This document shows positions 43,005 to 52,141 of a stretch of 64,000 nucleotides of DNA, piece after piece. How positions within the stretch are numbered: position 1 is the first letter of the stretch; each line of letters opens with the position of its first letter. Under the pieces are notes generated by a model, which saw only the letters and a list, made by a program, of their open reading frames with translations, searched no databases and had not been told where the DNA came from. The position numbers and the translations under genes were made by a program. The DNA comes from Justusliebigvirus VEcB, in sequence record OZ035773.1; one strand, 5' to 3'.

Positions 43005-43994
43005 CTATTCCTCCATACATTTAAGAATATGTGCAATGACAGGTATAGTCCAACCGTTACCTAACATCTTATATGCTTGTGTGTTACTACTCACTTTAAA
43101 GTAATCATCTGGCACACCTTGCAAACGGCAACACTCTTTAACGGTTAACTTTCTATAATGTACGCCTTCACTCAATTTTTCAAAAGCATCTAAATATCTT
43201 CCAGGTGGAATGTAAGCTAATAGTACGTCTTTCGGCACAGTCGTGAGGCAACGAGTTTTTTCACTATCCTGAACTTCCAAACAATGTACCAAACGATCAG
43301 TTTTAGATGTACTACGTTTGCCATTCTCATTAATTCTACGCCCATATATTGCTGCTGGATAAAAAACCAGTTGTCTGCGACTCTTTTCAAAATACTGTTC
43401 TATATTACCACCTTTGGCATAATTTGCATCTATGCAATAAGCCTTATCTCTGTCTACAATACTATCATCTTCAATGATATCTTGCAACACTTCATTGGTA
43501 ATATCCCAAGGTTTTATTTCCCAGTTGCACCAGTATAAACGTTGTCTATTCTGTGCTGTGAAATCTGCGGAGTTAATGAATACGGGATCAACACCTAAGT
43601 AACTTGTGATCACGTTTTCCCACTCCACTTTCATCTTAACGTTTTCAAGCATGAACTTAACATTAGGGTTAAACTTTTTAATATGTTCAAGAATCTCAAC
43701 ATATTCGAAGAATAGCTTAGATCGCGGATCTTGAAAGTTCAAACCTTTACCGGAAGAAGAGAAGCCTTGACACGGACTACCACCTAACAAAAGATCAATT
43801 TCTCCCCACGGGATATCCCATTCTCTCCATTTTGTAACATCACCTAACTGAATAATATCTGGAAAATTTGCTTGGCTTTCAGCTATGGCAAATTTGTCTA
43901 ATTCTGAAGCATAATATGTATCTACTTCAATACCTGCACTTTTTAGCGCAAGCATTCCTCCTGACATACCATCAAAAAGACTTAAAATTTTCAT
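43005..43994 (-). CDS. DNA (cytosine-5)-methyltransferase (Dcm-type)
   Basis: Motif I LFDGMSGG, motif IV GSPCQGFS, motif VI ENV, motif VIII QNRQR, motif X GNGW; strong SD TAAGGAGAAG. Confidence 0.8.
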   Translation of the reverse strand: MKILSLFDGMSGGMLALKSAGIEVDTYYASELDKFAIAESQANFPDIIQLGDVTKWREWDIPWGEIDLLLGGSPCQGFSSSGKGLNFQDPRSKLFFEYVEILEHIKKFNPNVKFMLENVKMKVEWENVITSYLGVDPVFINSADFTAQNRQRLYWCNWEIKPWDITNEVLQDIIEDDSIVDRDKAYCIDANYAKGGNIEQYFEKSRRQLVFYPAAIYGRRINENGKRSTSKTDRLVHCLEVQDSEKTRCLTTVPKDVLLAYIPPGRYLDAFEKLSEGVHYRKLTVKECCRLQGVPDDYFKVSSNTQAYKMLGNGWTIPVIAHILKCMEE

Positions 43995-43996
43995 TA

Positions 43997-44407
43997 TTAC
44001 TTCTTCTCCTTAACACTAGCTGGTAATTCTGCCTTGAGGCAGAAGTTTAAACGGTAAGCCTCATTCTCATTTAAAAGTACAGATTCACACGATAACCAGA
44101 ACAAGAGATCCTCAATACCAGGGCTGTTAAGCCAACAGTGCAGAAGAGAATGTTGTTCTATATCAATGTAATTTAGTAACAAGGCTTGTAAGGCGTAACT
44201 AGTTCCTGTCGTTTTTGCTTTTTCAAGGATGATATTGTGTTTACTAACAACTTTCTTCCTAAGACCAAACCATTTATTAACAACAACAGTCTCTTCTTGT
44301 AGTTGTTTTCTTATTTTCTCACATTCTTTAACTACAATCTGCATCTTATCCACCGCTGATTGAAGTTGTTCTTTTGTTGGGTTTACAAAATAATCACTAT
44401 AATACAT
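43997..44407 (-). CDS. hypothetical protein (136 aa)
   Basis: Track ORF; SD GAGGAG. Confidence 0.55.
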   Translation of the reverse strand: MYYSDYFVNPTKEQLQSAVDKMQIVVKECEKIRKQLQEETVVVNKWFGLRKKVVSKHNIILEKAKTTGTSYALQALLLNYIDIEQHSLLHCWLNSPGIEDLLFWLSCESVLLNENEAYRLNFCLKAELPASVKEKK

Positions 44408-44461
44408 GCTAAACTCCTCTTCTGTTTTTCTGTAGTTTATTCTAAAAAACTGGTGTTGTCA

Positions 44462-44486
44462 ACAAAAAACCCGCCGAAGCGGGTTT
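44462..44486 (-). terminator. rho-independent terminator (minus strand)
   Basis: AACCCGC-ttcg-GCGGGTT followed by TTTTTTGTT on minus strand. Confidence 0.6.
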
Positions 44487-44489
44487 ATA

Positions 44490-44747
44490 TTATTCTACAG
44501 GAACTTCTTCACCAAGAGAAACTTCTAAACGAAATGCTTTACTTTCAATACATTCACTACCTTTTAGAAAATCAAATTGCACTATAGACTGACTTAATAG
44601 AATAGATAGAATCACATCGCAATCTTCACTAGGAGCTAGATGTTTGTATTCTTCCTTCAAGGTAACATCATAAAAACATAAATCCCCTACTCCTAGTTCA
44701 TCCCATCCTTCCCACGCATCTACAAAGTTAAACTCTAAACCTTTCAT
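44490..44747 (-). CDS. hypothetical protein (85 aa)
   Basis: Track ORF; SD GAGGAGG. Confidence 0.5.
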   Translation of the reverse strand: MKGLEFNFVDAWEGWDELGVGDLCFYDVTLKEEYKHLAPSEDCDVILSILLSQSIVQFDFLKGSECIESKAFRLEVSLGEEVPVE

Positions 44748-45268
44748 ACAACCTCCTCGTAATTGTTATTGTGTTTTACTGTCTCAACATACAATAAAGA
44801 TTCCATCTGTAATACATTACCAGAAATAATAAATCCATAAGACATTTCAGATGTGTCTATATCATATGCCCCGTCTTCCGGTTTAGCAAAGTGTAAAACT
44901 ATTTCATCTGGGTTTTCTTCATCCCATAGTTTAGAAATTTTCCGAACCAGGATGTTAGCTAAAATAGTTGACATTCGGGATAAAGCTGTATCCTCATATC
45001 TTTTAAAACCTAGCCAATAGAGGTTAAGAATTTCTACTTCTTCTTGTGTTAAGTTTTTGTCTAAAGTAATCAGATCTGTAGAGCACGGCGTTTTTGTTGA
45101 ACCTACTGTTACAAAACCTGGGGTGTTATGAAAAACAATCTTAACTTTATCACGTATAAAGTTTAAACCTTGTGCCTCAACTATATATTGTATTGTAGGT
45201 ACAATATCGTTTGTTACATCAATAAAACTATCTTTAATGACGCTTATATTATTTCTGGACAAGACCAT
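44744..45268 (-). CDS. hypothetical protein (174 aa)
   Basis: Track ORF; SD AGAGGAGA. Confidence 0.55.
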   Translation of the reverse strand: MVLSRNNISVIKDSFIDVTNDIVPTIQYIVEAQGLNFIRDKVKIVFHNTPGFVTVGSTKTPCSTDLITLDKNLTQEEVEILNLYWLGFKRYEDTALSRMSTILANILVRKISKLWDEENPDEIVLHFAKPEDGAYDIDTSEMSYGFIISGNVLQMESLLYVETVKHNNNYEEVV

Positions 45269-45827
45269 TCTCCTCTAAAATAGGCTTAATAAATTCGAAA
45301 ATTTGTTTTTTACTTTTACCTCGAATATTAAAACAAGGAACATTAAACTTTTTAGCCAACATCCAAGCTGTTCTTGTACCACCTAAAGGATCTCCATTTT
45401 TATCTGTGTTTGCACAAGCTAAAAGAAAACAAGATGGTTTTGGATTCTCAAGATCTTTTCCAAGAACTTGGTGGATATTTCTTTGATGTAATTTTTTAGC
45501 ACCTTGAGATAATCTGTCCCAAGCTGGATGCAATTCTTTTGCATATTGTAAGGTTAAAGCATAGTTTACACTATCTGGTCTGTCAAGAACAATAACCTCT
45601 CCCTCTATTTCATTACCTTTAAATGAGAGCCAAGGGATGTATATTTCTTTCTTTGTATTGTTCCCACTATCATATACCCCGCATTCAAATGCGGAATCTG
45701 CACCTTCTGCTTTACCAGATCGCAAAATGAACCATGTAGATAACCATTTTGCAACAGATACCATAGTATCCCATTCTTCGTCTGTAATATCTCTGCTACC
45801 AACACCTGTGTAGAATAAATCGCTCAT
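45249..45827 (-). CDS. DprA/Smf-like Rossmann-fold protein
   Basis: From ATG 45827 (SD TAAGGAGAAAACC): YTGVGSRDIT...LRSGKAEGADSAF...GGT resembles DprA GxGSR / SG.A.G.D motifs; track ORF has 28 extra hydrophobic codons. Confidence 0.5.
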   Translation of the reverse strand: MSDLFYTGVGSRDITDEEWDTMVSVAKWLSTWFILRSGKAEGADSAFECGVYDSGNNTKKEIYIPWLSFKGNEIEGEVIVLDRPDSVNYALTLQYAKELHPAWDRLSQGAKKLHQRNIHQVLGKDLENPKPSCFLLACANTDKNGDPLGGTRTAWMLAKKFNVPCFNIRGKSKKQIFEFIKPILEENGLVQK

Positions 45828-45837
45828 GGTTTTCTCC

Positions 45838-46158
45838 TTAACAAGTAATATTGGGAGTAACAATTGGATTAACAATTGGAGTAATAGGGTACGTAAACCA
45901 AGGGCTTCCAATTTCCCAAGGATAATAAGGTCTACGAGGATCGTATGGAGGAGTTACTTCAGGCTTTTTCCAAATCTCCGCTAGTTGTTTCTTCCATTTA
46001 TCCCTTGCTGTCTCATTATCTTCATCCAACTGTTCATCATTATCTTTTATTTCTGGTTTTGGAAATAAAAGCTCTTTGACTAACTCAACATCTTCCGTCT
46101 CAATAGTAGTTTCTTTCGTAAGTTCTCCTACTGTTTCTTTAATTGTGATTTTATACAT
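45838..46158 (-). CDS. hypothetical Pro-rich protein (106 aa)
   Basis: Track ORF; SD AGAGGAGGA. Confidence 0.5.
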   Translation of the reverse strand: MYKITIKETVGELTKETTIETEDVELVKELLFPKPEIKDNDEQLDEDNETARDKWKKQLAEIWKKPEVTPPYDPRRPYYPWEIGSPWFTYPITPIVNPIVTPNITC

Positions 46159-46901
46159 TAGTCCTCCTCTAAAGTAGAATAAAATTGTAACGTATTTGAA
46201 TCATCAAAATATGCAAAGGTTAAATTACCATTGAAGCAAGATCCTGTGTCCATATATACCCTATTACTGCTAATCACAGGTTTAGGAACATAAGAATGTC
46301 CGTGAAATACATAATCTACTCCTGAAACCCTAGGAAGAAGAATCCCTTCAAGTGCGCAATCTATCATATCACGATCCCACATTAAAGATTCTGTGAATCG
46401 AGAAACTTGCTCTTTATTCATATTCAAACAAAATGGCAAAACTTCTGTCACTGGTAAATGTTCCAAAACTGAAGGATACCCACCGTGAATAAAGCCTAGT
46501 TTCATATTACGATAATTGACAACAAGTACAACAGGTAAATCTTCTAGCATCAAAGCAAGAGCAGTTGCACCCTCTTCTCCACACTCGTCTAGAACTGTAT
46601 GGCCTCCGTTCTGAAACCAACATTCGTAATATCGTCTATCACCTTCTAGCAACCCTTTAATCATCATATCTTCATGATTTCCACGAATACCATAACGATT
46701 TAGCTTTCTGGTGAATTCAACAACACAACGAAAATTCTGCTTGCCGCGATCTGTAAGATCTCCTAAAGATACAACAACATCTTGATCTCGGATACCTAAA
46801 GTATTAACACCTTTCTGGTACAAATCAAAACAACCATGTAAATCACCAATAATAAACAGGTCTTGATCATCTTTTACACTAATTTCTTGATATACTAGCA
46901 T
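46158..46901 (-). CDS. Ser/Thr protein phosphatase (calcineurin-like metallophosphoesterase)
   Basis: GDLHGC, GDLTDRG, GNHE motifs; start at ATG 46901 (SD GAGGAGAG), track uses TTG one codon upstream. Confidence 0.8.
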   Translation of the reverse strand: MLVYQEISVKDDQDLFIIGDLHGCFDLYQKGVNTLGIRDQDVVVSLGDLTDRGKQNFRCVVEFTRKLNRYGIRGNHEDMMIKGLLEGDRRYYECWFQNGGHTVLDECGEEGATALALMLEDLPVVLVVNYRNMKLGFIHGGYPSVLEHLPVTEVLPFCLNMNKEQVSRFTESLMWDRDMIDCALEGILLPRVSGVDYVFHGHSYVPKPVISSNRVYMDTGSCFNGNLTFAYFDDSNTLQFYSTLEED

Positions 46902-47227
46902 CAACTCTCCTCAAAATCCATAAGTATAAAGATATTAACTTTACCTTCTATATTATGTTCTACAACAAGGTCTGCAAATTCTTTGTAGGCTTTTTCTTCT
47001 ATTTGTTCAATATGAGACGCTACATCTTTGTATATAGCGTCACCATCTACTTTAACAAGGAGGAATAGAGATCTCACTTCAATCTCTTTATTTTTACGGG
47101 GTAGAAAATCGACGGCTTCTTGTATACGCCAGCCGAGATACCCTGGAGTCCTTTGAATATCCTCCAAATGACTTTCTAAGATTTCCCTTCCTTTGTCTAT
47201 TAAAGCCTGTTCTGTCGTTATTTTCAT
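46901..47227 (-). CDS. hypothetical protein (108 aa)
   Basis: Track ORF; SD TAAGGAGAAGGGG. Confidence 0.55.
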   Translation of the reverse strand: MKITTEQALIDKGREILESHLEDIQRTPGYLGWRIQEAVDFLPRKNKEIEVRSLFLLVKVDGDAIYKDVASHIEQIEEKAYKEFADLVVEHNIEGKVNIFILMDFEES

Positions 47228-47237
47228 CCCCTTCTCC

Positions 47238-47810
47238 TTAATGTGTTAATGAAACTGCATAACTAAACACAGGTTCAGATATTACATCGGCTACAGTAAT
47301 AAAAACGTCCTCGTCTTGCGTTGTTTCTACACGACATACAGTTACACCATTTACCACGAATTCAACGCAATGTGGAATATCTTCACAAACGAAGGTAGTG
47401 TAAGTAACACCCAAAGCATCATACAAAGATTTAACAGTGTTTGCAAGTGCCGCAGTTTCTTCTTTTTCTGAGACAATGAATGCTGTAACAATAAGATTGT
47501 TTGCATAGTTTAGACTGTCCTCTATAGCCAATGATTTACAAGGTAGTAATGCAAAATATTTACCTGGTTTAATCAGACCTGCTTCCCATTGATTCAAAAT
47601 TGCCTGGGATGGTTTAGTAATATAAAATAGATTTTCACTTGGGTTATCAATATTACTTCTGGCGATACAACGTGAAGGATTATTAATATCAAATACATGA
47701 TCAAAATCTACACAAACAGGTAAACTGAAAGGTGTAAATTTTTTACCTAATAATCCTATGGCTGATAATATGTTTGCTGTGCTTATCTTCCCGTTAAAAG
47801 CTAAACGCAT
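47238..47810 (-). CDS. hypothetical protein (190 aa)
   Basis: Track ORF; SD AAAGGAG. Confidence 0.55.
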   Translation of the reverse strand: MRLAFNGKISTANILSAIGLLGKKFTPFSLPVCVDFDHVFDINNPSRCIARSNIDNPSENLFYITKPSQAILNQWEAGLIKPGKYFALLPCKSLAIEDSLNYANNLIVTAFIVSEKEETAALANTVKSLYDALGVTYTTFVCEDIPHCVEFVVNGVTVCRVETTQDEDVFITVADVISEPVFSYAVSLTH

Positions 47811-47821
47811 ATTTAACTCCT

Positions 47822-48025
47822 TTAACTAGCGACCGTAACTTCCGAACTTTCTTCTTTCGTACTGTCTACGATATGCCTGGTGGCAATATACGAGACTTGC
47901 CAGTTACCATCTGGTGTAGTCTCAATAAGTACCCTATCTACTTCGAGAAAATGCAAAAATTCAACCATCGCTCGCTTCGATAGGAATTGTTTTTTAACAG
48001 TCTCCTCAAAAGATTGAACTGCCAT
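47822..48025 (-). CDS. hypothetical protein (67 aa)
   Basis: Track ORF; SD TAAGGAGGAAAC. Confidence 0.5.
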   Translation of the reverse strand: MAVQSFEETVKKQFLSKRAMVEFLHFLEVDRVLIETTPDGNWQVSYIATRHIVDSTKEESSEVTVAS

Positions 48026-48034
48026 GTTTCCTCC

Positions 48035-48697
48035 TTATTTAATATTCAATTTTGCACAAAGACGTTGTACCGCTTTGGCATCGAACAAACTCCCACGAAT
48101 AGTTCTCTTTCCTGATTCATTCAGATGCTTTGCAATCGTCATATATGGCGTTTTACAAGCTCTGTATGCAACTAAAGAATCTTTTAAAGAAAGCGCAAAC
48201 TCTCTTGAGCGTTTTGCTTCTTCCGTTTTCGTATAGTCTGTTCTTTTGTATTTAGGGTTTGCTGCACCAAGAAGCGTTCCCTTCGCTTTTGCTACCTTAA
48301 GGCTCTTCTTAACACGATCAGATATTGCACGAGCCTCTTCTTCTGCCAGAACTGCTAAAATATTTATTATCATATTTTCAGCGGAGGGCATAGTTGCTAT
48401 TCGTACATTAATCATCTCTAACAAGGTTGCAACAGAAGCTGTGTTACGTCCAAGACGGTCAACCTTAGCAACAACAAGTGTAGCACCTGTTTCTTTGCAA
48501 AGATTAACAGCTTTTACAAGCTCTCTACGTTGCTTCCAATCGCCTTTACCCGAATAAAACTCTGCAAAGCTACCTATAATAGTATAATTTTCTTGTGAAT
48601 CCAGGAAGCGTTGAATATCTGCTTCCTGTGATTCTATACCATACTGGTTGCCTTGTTGTTTCTTCTTAGAAAGTCGATGATATAGTACAAACTTCAT
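48035..48697 (-). CDS. serine recombinase (resolvase/invertase family)
   Basis: Catalytic region LYHRLSKKKQ (Ser), VAKVDRLGRN, LAEEEARAISDRVKKSL; C-terminal HTH-like segment; SD AGGAGGG. Confidence 0.75.
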   Translation of the reverse strand: MKFVLYHRLSKKKQQGNQYGIESQEADIQRFLDSQENYTIIGSFAEFYSGKGDWKQRRELVKAVNLCKETGATLVVAKVDRLGRNTASVATLLEMINVRIATMPSAENMIINILAVLAEEEARAISDRVKKSLKVAKAKGTLLGAANPKYKRTDYTKTEEAKRSREFALSLKDSLVAYRACKTPYMTIAKHLNESGKRTIRGSLFDAKAVQRLCAKLNIK

Positions 48698-48754
48698 AAT
48701 ACCCTCCTGTTCTGTTACAGGAAGTATGCACTACCTTAATGTTAAAGTCAACAG

Positions 48755-48958
48755 TTAAGTAGTGGTAATATCATCCTCTTGAATACCAGGGTCAACTTCT
48801 GCAAAGATAGCCTCTACAGGAATTTCTTCACCTGCTATTCTAGAAAGAAGCACTGAACCAATAGCTTTTGCGTGTTCTTCGGATTCCGCATAAACATTAG
48901 TTCCTGTGTCTTTTTTCTTAGTTTCGTTAAAATATACCAGATAGTAATTGTATGCCAT
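48755..48958 (-). CDS. hypothetical protein (67 aa)
   Basis: Start at ATG 48958 (SD GGGAAGAATAA); track ORF 4 codons longer. Confidence 0.5.
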   Translation of the reverse strand: MAYNYYLVYFNETKKKDTGTNVYAESEEHAKAIGSVLLSRIAGEEIPVEAIFAEVDPGIQEDDITTT

Positions 48959-49188
48959 TATTCTTCCCAATCGTTGTTACGAGCACTTTCAAGAACCTTG
49001 ACAACTTCTGCATACTCTACAGCTAAACCAGCGCACACTTCAGCTTGTTTTGCAATTGCTTGTTTAAAGAACATAGCGATTGCAACACTCTGTGTTGTGT
49101 GAATGTTATCTGCTTTAGTTGATACATGAAGATCAAAATCTTCTTCATCAAAGGTGAGTTCCATAGTAACAATAAATTTCTCGGTCAT
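48958..49188 (-). CDS. hypothetical protein (76 aa)
   Basis: Start at ATG 49188 with SD AAGAGGAG; track uses upstream TTG. Confidence 0.5.
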   Translation of the reverse strand: MTEKFIVTMELTFDEEDFDLHVSTKADNIHTTQSVAIAMFFKQAIAKQAEVCAGLAVEYAEVVKVLESARNNDWEE

Positions 49189-49201
49189 AAAAATGCTCCT
49201 C

Positions 49202-49711
49202 TTAAACAAAATAGAAAGGTTGAGTTAAACCCAGCCTGTTTTTTGGGTCGTAGACGTACCAAGCATATGCTGTCTTATCAGTACCACCTGCAACAAAAGA
49301 TGGTCGTTCAGAAAGAACAATCAAATTTGTTGGTGGATTCTGTTTATGGAACTCCCTTCGTTTAATAGACTCTAGGAACCCAAGACGCAACAAGTATATG
49401 CAAACGTCTGCTTCTTTTAAGCTCTTTTGCAAGAACTCAAGTGCAAGTTTGAATGGGGGATTTGTGATTATAATATCCGGCTTAGTATGCCATTCGTGGT
49501 TAAAATAATCTTTCCCTTCTTCTAACTCACAATATTCTGATCCTTCTGGAAAATGTTGATAAATTGCAGCAGCAGCGCCTTTACACGGTTCTGCAAAAAT
49601 AAAACCTTCTTCTTTAAGGTTATTAAAATCTATTACACTAAATAATGCATTTATACATTTTTGTGGAGTAGGATAGTAATCAGTTGGTGGACGATCATAC
49701 TTATTTGCCAC
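49202..49711 (-). CDS. small DNA N6-adenine methyltransferase-like protein (phage Dam-like, NPPF motif)
   Basis: Motif IV IIITNPPF; N-terminal YYPTPQKCINALF; GTG start with strong SD AAGAGGAGA. Confidence 0.6.
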   Translation of the reverse strand: MANKYDRPPTDYYPTPQKCINALFSVIDFNNLKEEGFIFAEPCKGAAAAIYQHFPEGSEYCELEEGKDYFNHEWHTKPDIIITNPPFKLALEFLQKSLKEADVCIYLLRLGFLESIKRREFHKQNPPTNLIVLSERPSFVAGGTDKTAYAWYVYDPKNRLGLTQPFYFV

Positions 49712-50129
49712 TACTTAAAATCTCCTCTTTTGTGATTTCAGGGTCTTCTTCAAAAACCATAATATCTCTTAAGAACGTTAATTCTTCCATAGATACTGGT
49801 ATTGTATCTTCTTCTGTTTTTCGTTTACATAAATCGTCAAGAAAGTTTTTAAAGTTTTCTGACAAATCGTAAAATTTCAACAGTTGATAATCACAGGAGG
49901 AGATCCTATCTAGTTCTAACATTCTTTCTAAGATATTTTCTGTGTTGCCGTACAACACACGAACTTCTCCGAAAGGGTTGACTGAATATTGTGAAGTTCT
50001 GAACCATCCCTTTTTAGATACAGTGTAACGCTGTTCTGCTAAACTTTCAATAAAATTTTTAGCTCTTTTACAGTTTTGTTCTAAAGAGTAGTAGGCTTTT
50101 TCTACAAAGATTACAGGTACTGGTAACAT
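49701..50129 (-). CDS. hypothetical protein (142 aa)
   Basis: Track ORF; SD TAGGAGGAGAT. Confidence 0.55.
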   Translation of the reverse strand: MLPVPVIFVEKAYYSLEQNCKRAKNFIESLAEQRYTVSKKGWFRTSQYSVNPFGEVRVLYGNTENILERMLELDRISSCDYQLLKFYDLSENFKNFLDDLCKRKTEEDTIPVSMEELTFLRDIMVFEEDPEITKEEILSSGK

Positions 50130-50169
50130 ATCTCCTCCTAATAACCCCCGTGAGGGGGTTTATGTTAGA

Positions 50170-50823
50170 TTAATTATCAGAGGATACTTTATCAAGTTTT
50201 TCAGAGACTGTCAATACTTTTTCTTGTGATTCTTTCATTTCTGCTAAAATACTTTCAGCTTCATCACTATCAGGATCACCAGTCAACAGCATACTAATTA
50301 GTTGCTCCTTGCTGAAGTTCAGAATATCTTCCGCTGTTAGCTCCAGTTGTTCTTCAATCTCTTCGACAAAAGTTTCACCGCCTGAAAAAGCATCTCGTAG
50401 TTTTGCAACTTCCATCGCTTCTTCTGGGGTTGCCCCAGCATCTAAAGCTGCTAAAGCAAAATCTGCCCCACTACCAACAGCATAGTAATCTTCAGTTAAA
50501 GGATATGCTCGCGTTGGATTATTACCCTCGTGCATATAAATTTTACCGTCTGGGTGAACAACCAATGCCACAAACTCTTCATCTTCTTTATCAGGATCTG
50601 ACTGGATCACCAAACCTGGGATTGTCTCTTGTGCTGCCTGGCACTGTAAGTTTTGTTCGAACCAAGAAAAGAAAGTCAGGATAGAAGACAGACGTCCTGC
50701 ACCACCAACAAGGTAATCCCCAATTTTACGCACTTTCTTAAAATTTAAAGTGTCTACTCGATTACCTACTGTTACTTTACCGTCAGATAGAATTTTGTTA
50801 TGTGTTGCAATAATTGTTGTCAT
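50170..50823 (-). CDS. HslV-like (proteasome beta-type, Ntn-hydrolase) peptidase
   Basis: N-terminal MTTIIATHNK (Thr nucleophile after Met), GGAGRLSS, YYAVGSGADFALAALDAG; acidic C-terminal extension; SD CAGGAGGAAG. Confidence 0.65.
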   Translation of the reverse strand: MTTIIATHNKILSDGKVTVGNRVDTLNFKKVRKIGDYLVGGAGRLSSILTFFSWFEQNLQCQAAQETIPGLVIQSDPDKEDEEFVALVVHPDGKIYMHEGNNPTRAYPLTEDYYAVGSGADFALAALDAGATPEEAMEVAKLRDAFSGGETFVEEIEEQLELTAEDILNFSKEQLISMLLTGDPDSDEAESILAEMKESQEKVLTVSEKLDKVSSDN

Positions 50824-51314
50824 TGTACTTCCTCCTGTAGTGTTTTAAGGACTGCTTTACCACCGCTTACATACTTACGGAGGTAATCAATAGCTCTTAG
50901 TGTTTCTTTATCCACAAGAATTTTATTAGTTCTTGTCAATGGATGATTCAGTAAGTCACTGCAATTTCTTACTAACATAGATTTCTTGTGAAAGATACTG
51001 CTAAGAAAAAGAAGTTTAGAATCTTCTTCATCAATCAGGAGTAATTCTGAATTAGACCCAGCTACATTTATTATACACTCAAACAAGCCTTCTTGACTAT
51101 CAGATAATTCCTGGTAATATTTAGTTAGCCAATCCTCTCCTTTTAACCAACTAAAAAACATCTGAACTTTTTGCAAAGTTGTCATGTTCTCTAAACGAAG
51201 AGATATTTCTTTTTCAATCTTGTCAATATAAATCTGTCTAAACTCATTCGGCTTAACTAAGCCAGCTTGATAGCATTCATCAATACCATTGCGATCAATC
51301 TCAATTAGCGTCAT
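50820..51314 (-). CDS. hypothetical protein (164 aa)
   Basis: Track ORF; SD GGAGG. Confidence 0.55.
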   Translation of the reverse strand: MTLIEIDRNGIDECYQAGLVKPNEFRQIYIDKIEKEISLRLENMTTLQKVQMFFSWLKGEDWLTKYYQELSDSQEGLFECIINVAGSNSELLLIDEEDSKLLFLSSIFHKKSMLVRNCSDLLNHPLTRTNKILVDKETLRAIDYLRKYVSGGKAVLKTLQEEVQ

Positions 51315-51350
51315 TTAACCTCCATAATAGGCATCCTTGCCTTGTAATTA

Positions 51351-52103
51351 TTAATATACTTCCGTGATGAACTGAGACAAACGGGAACGTTGGTTATCAG
51401 CAGTTGTCATTTCAACATAACCAATAAAATCTACAATAGCTTCCCTTTCTCCTTCTTCGTTAATAGGAACAACACGATCTAACAAATCACCTAACCCGTT
51501 AGCTCTTCGTTTAATTGCATATGTTTGATTAACATCGCCCATAATGACAATACGTGTATTAAGACCTGCTCGCTCAAGGAGAAGTTTTACTGTGTTTGGT
51601 GACATAAGTTGAACTTCATCAATAAGAATAATGCTGTTATCCCACGTAGCACCTAGTGCATAGTTCGGAATATTAAGTTCAATTTTGCCACTTGCAATAT
51701 CGTTTTCCAATTTATTTGCAGTCATAAACTGTTGGAAAATTCTTTTAGTTGACTCGTAGTGTGCTGCTAGTTTATCAGTCTTATCTCCAGATAAGAAACC
51801 GATTTGGTCATCACCTACTTCTGTCGGGTTTTTAAGGAAAATCAACTTTCTGAAGTCACCAGCTTTAAGCATTTGCAATGCTTTCCATAGTGCTGTTGTC
51901 GTTTTTCCTGTTCCTGCTGGGGCATTAACAATGGTTAAATCATTCCAAACCATGCTTCTTACAATAGCTTCTTGATTCCCAACAGGGGTAAATTCATCAA
52001 GACGGTAATCATCATTTCCTACTGCTTTAGCCGCATAACGACTGGCACGTTTGTCATCATTGGCTGCTGATTGACGACGAGCCTTTGCGGTTTTATTTCC
52101 CAT
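51351..52103 (-). CDS. phoH: PhoH-like ATPase
   Basis: Walker A NAPAGTGKTTTAL, Walker B ILIDEVQL, PhoH-type GDVNQT; SD AAGGAG. Confidence 0.8.
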   Translation of the reverse strand: MGNKTAKARRQSAANDDKRASRYAAKAVGNDDYRLDEFTPVGNQEAIVRSMVWNDLTIVNAPAGTGKTTTALWKALQMLKAGDFRKLIFLKNPTEVGDDQIGFLSGDKTDKLAAHYESTKRIFQQFMTANKLENDIASGKIELNIPNYALGATWDNSIILIDEVQLMSPNTVKLLLERAGLNTRIVIMGDVNQTYAIKRRANGLGDLLDRVVPINEEGEREAIVDFIGYVEMTTADNQRSRLSQFITEVY

Positions 52104-52116
52104 GTTTGCACTCCTT

Positions 52117-52141
52117 ATAAAAGGGGCTTTCGCCCCTTTGT
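52117..52141 (-). terminator. rho-independent terminator (minus strand)
   Basis: GGGGC-gaaa-GCCCC followed by TTTTAT on minus strand, between lysozyme and phoH. Confidence 0.55.

Noticed and set aside
42683-43024. Plus-strand track ORF 42683-43024
   Set aside because: Antisense to the 42273-42881 gene and the 3' end of the Dcm gene; no RBS.
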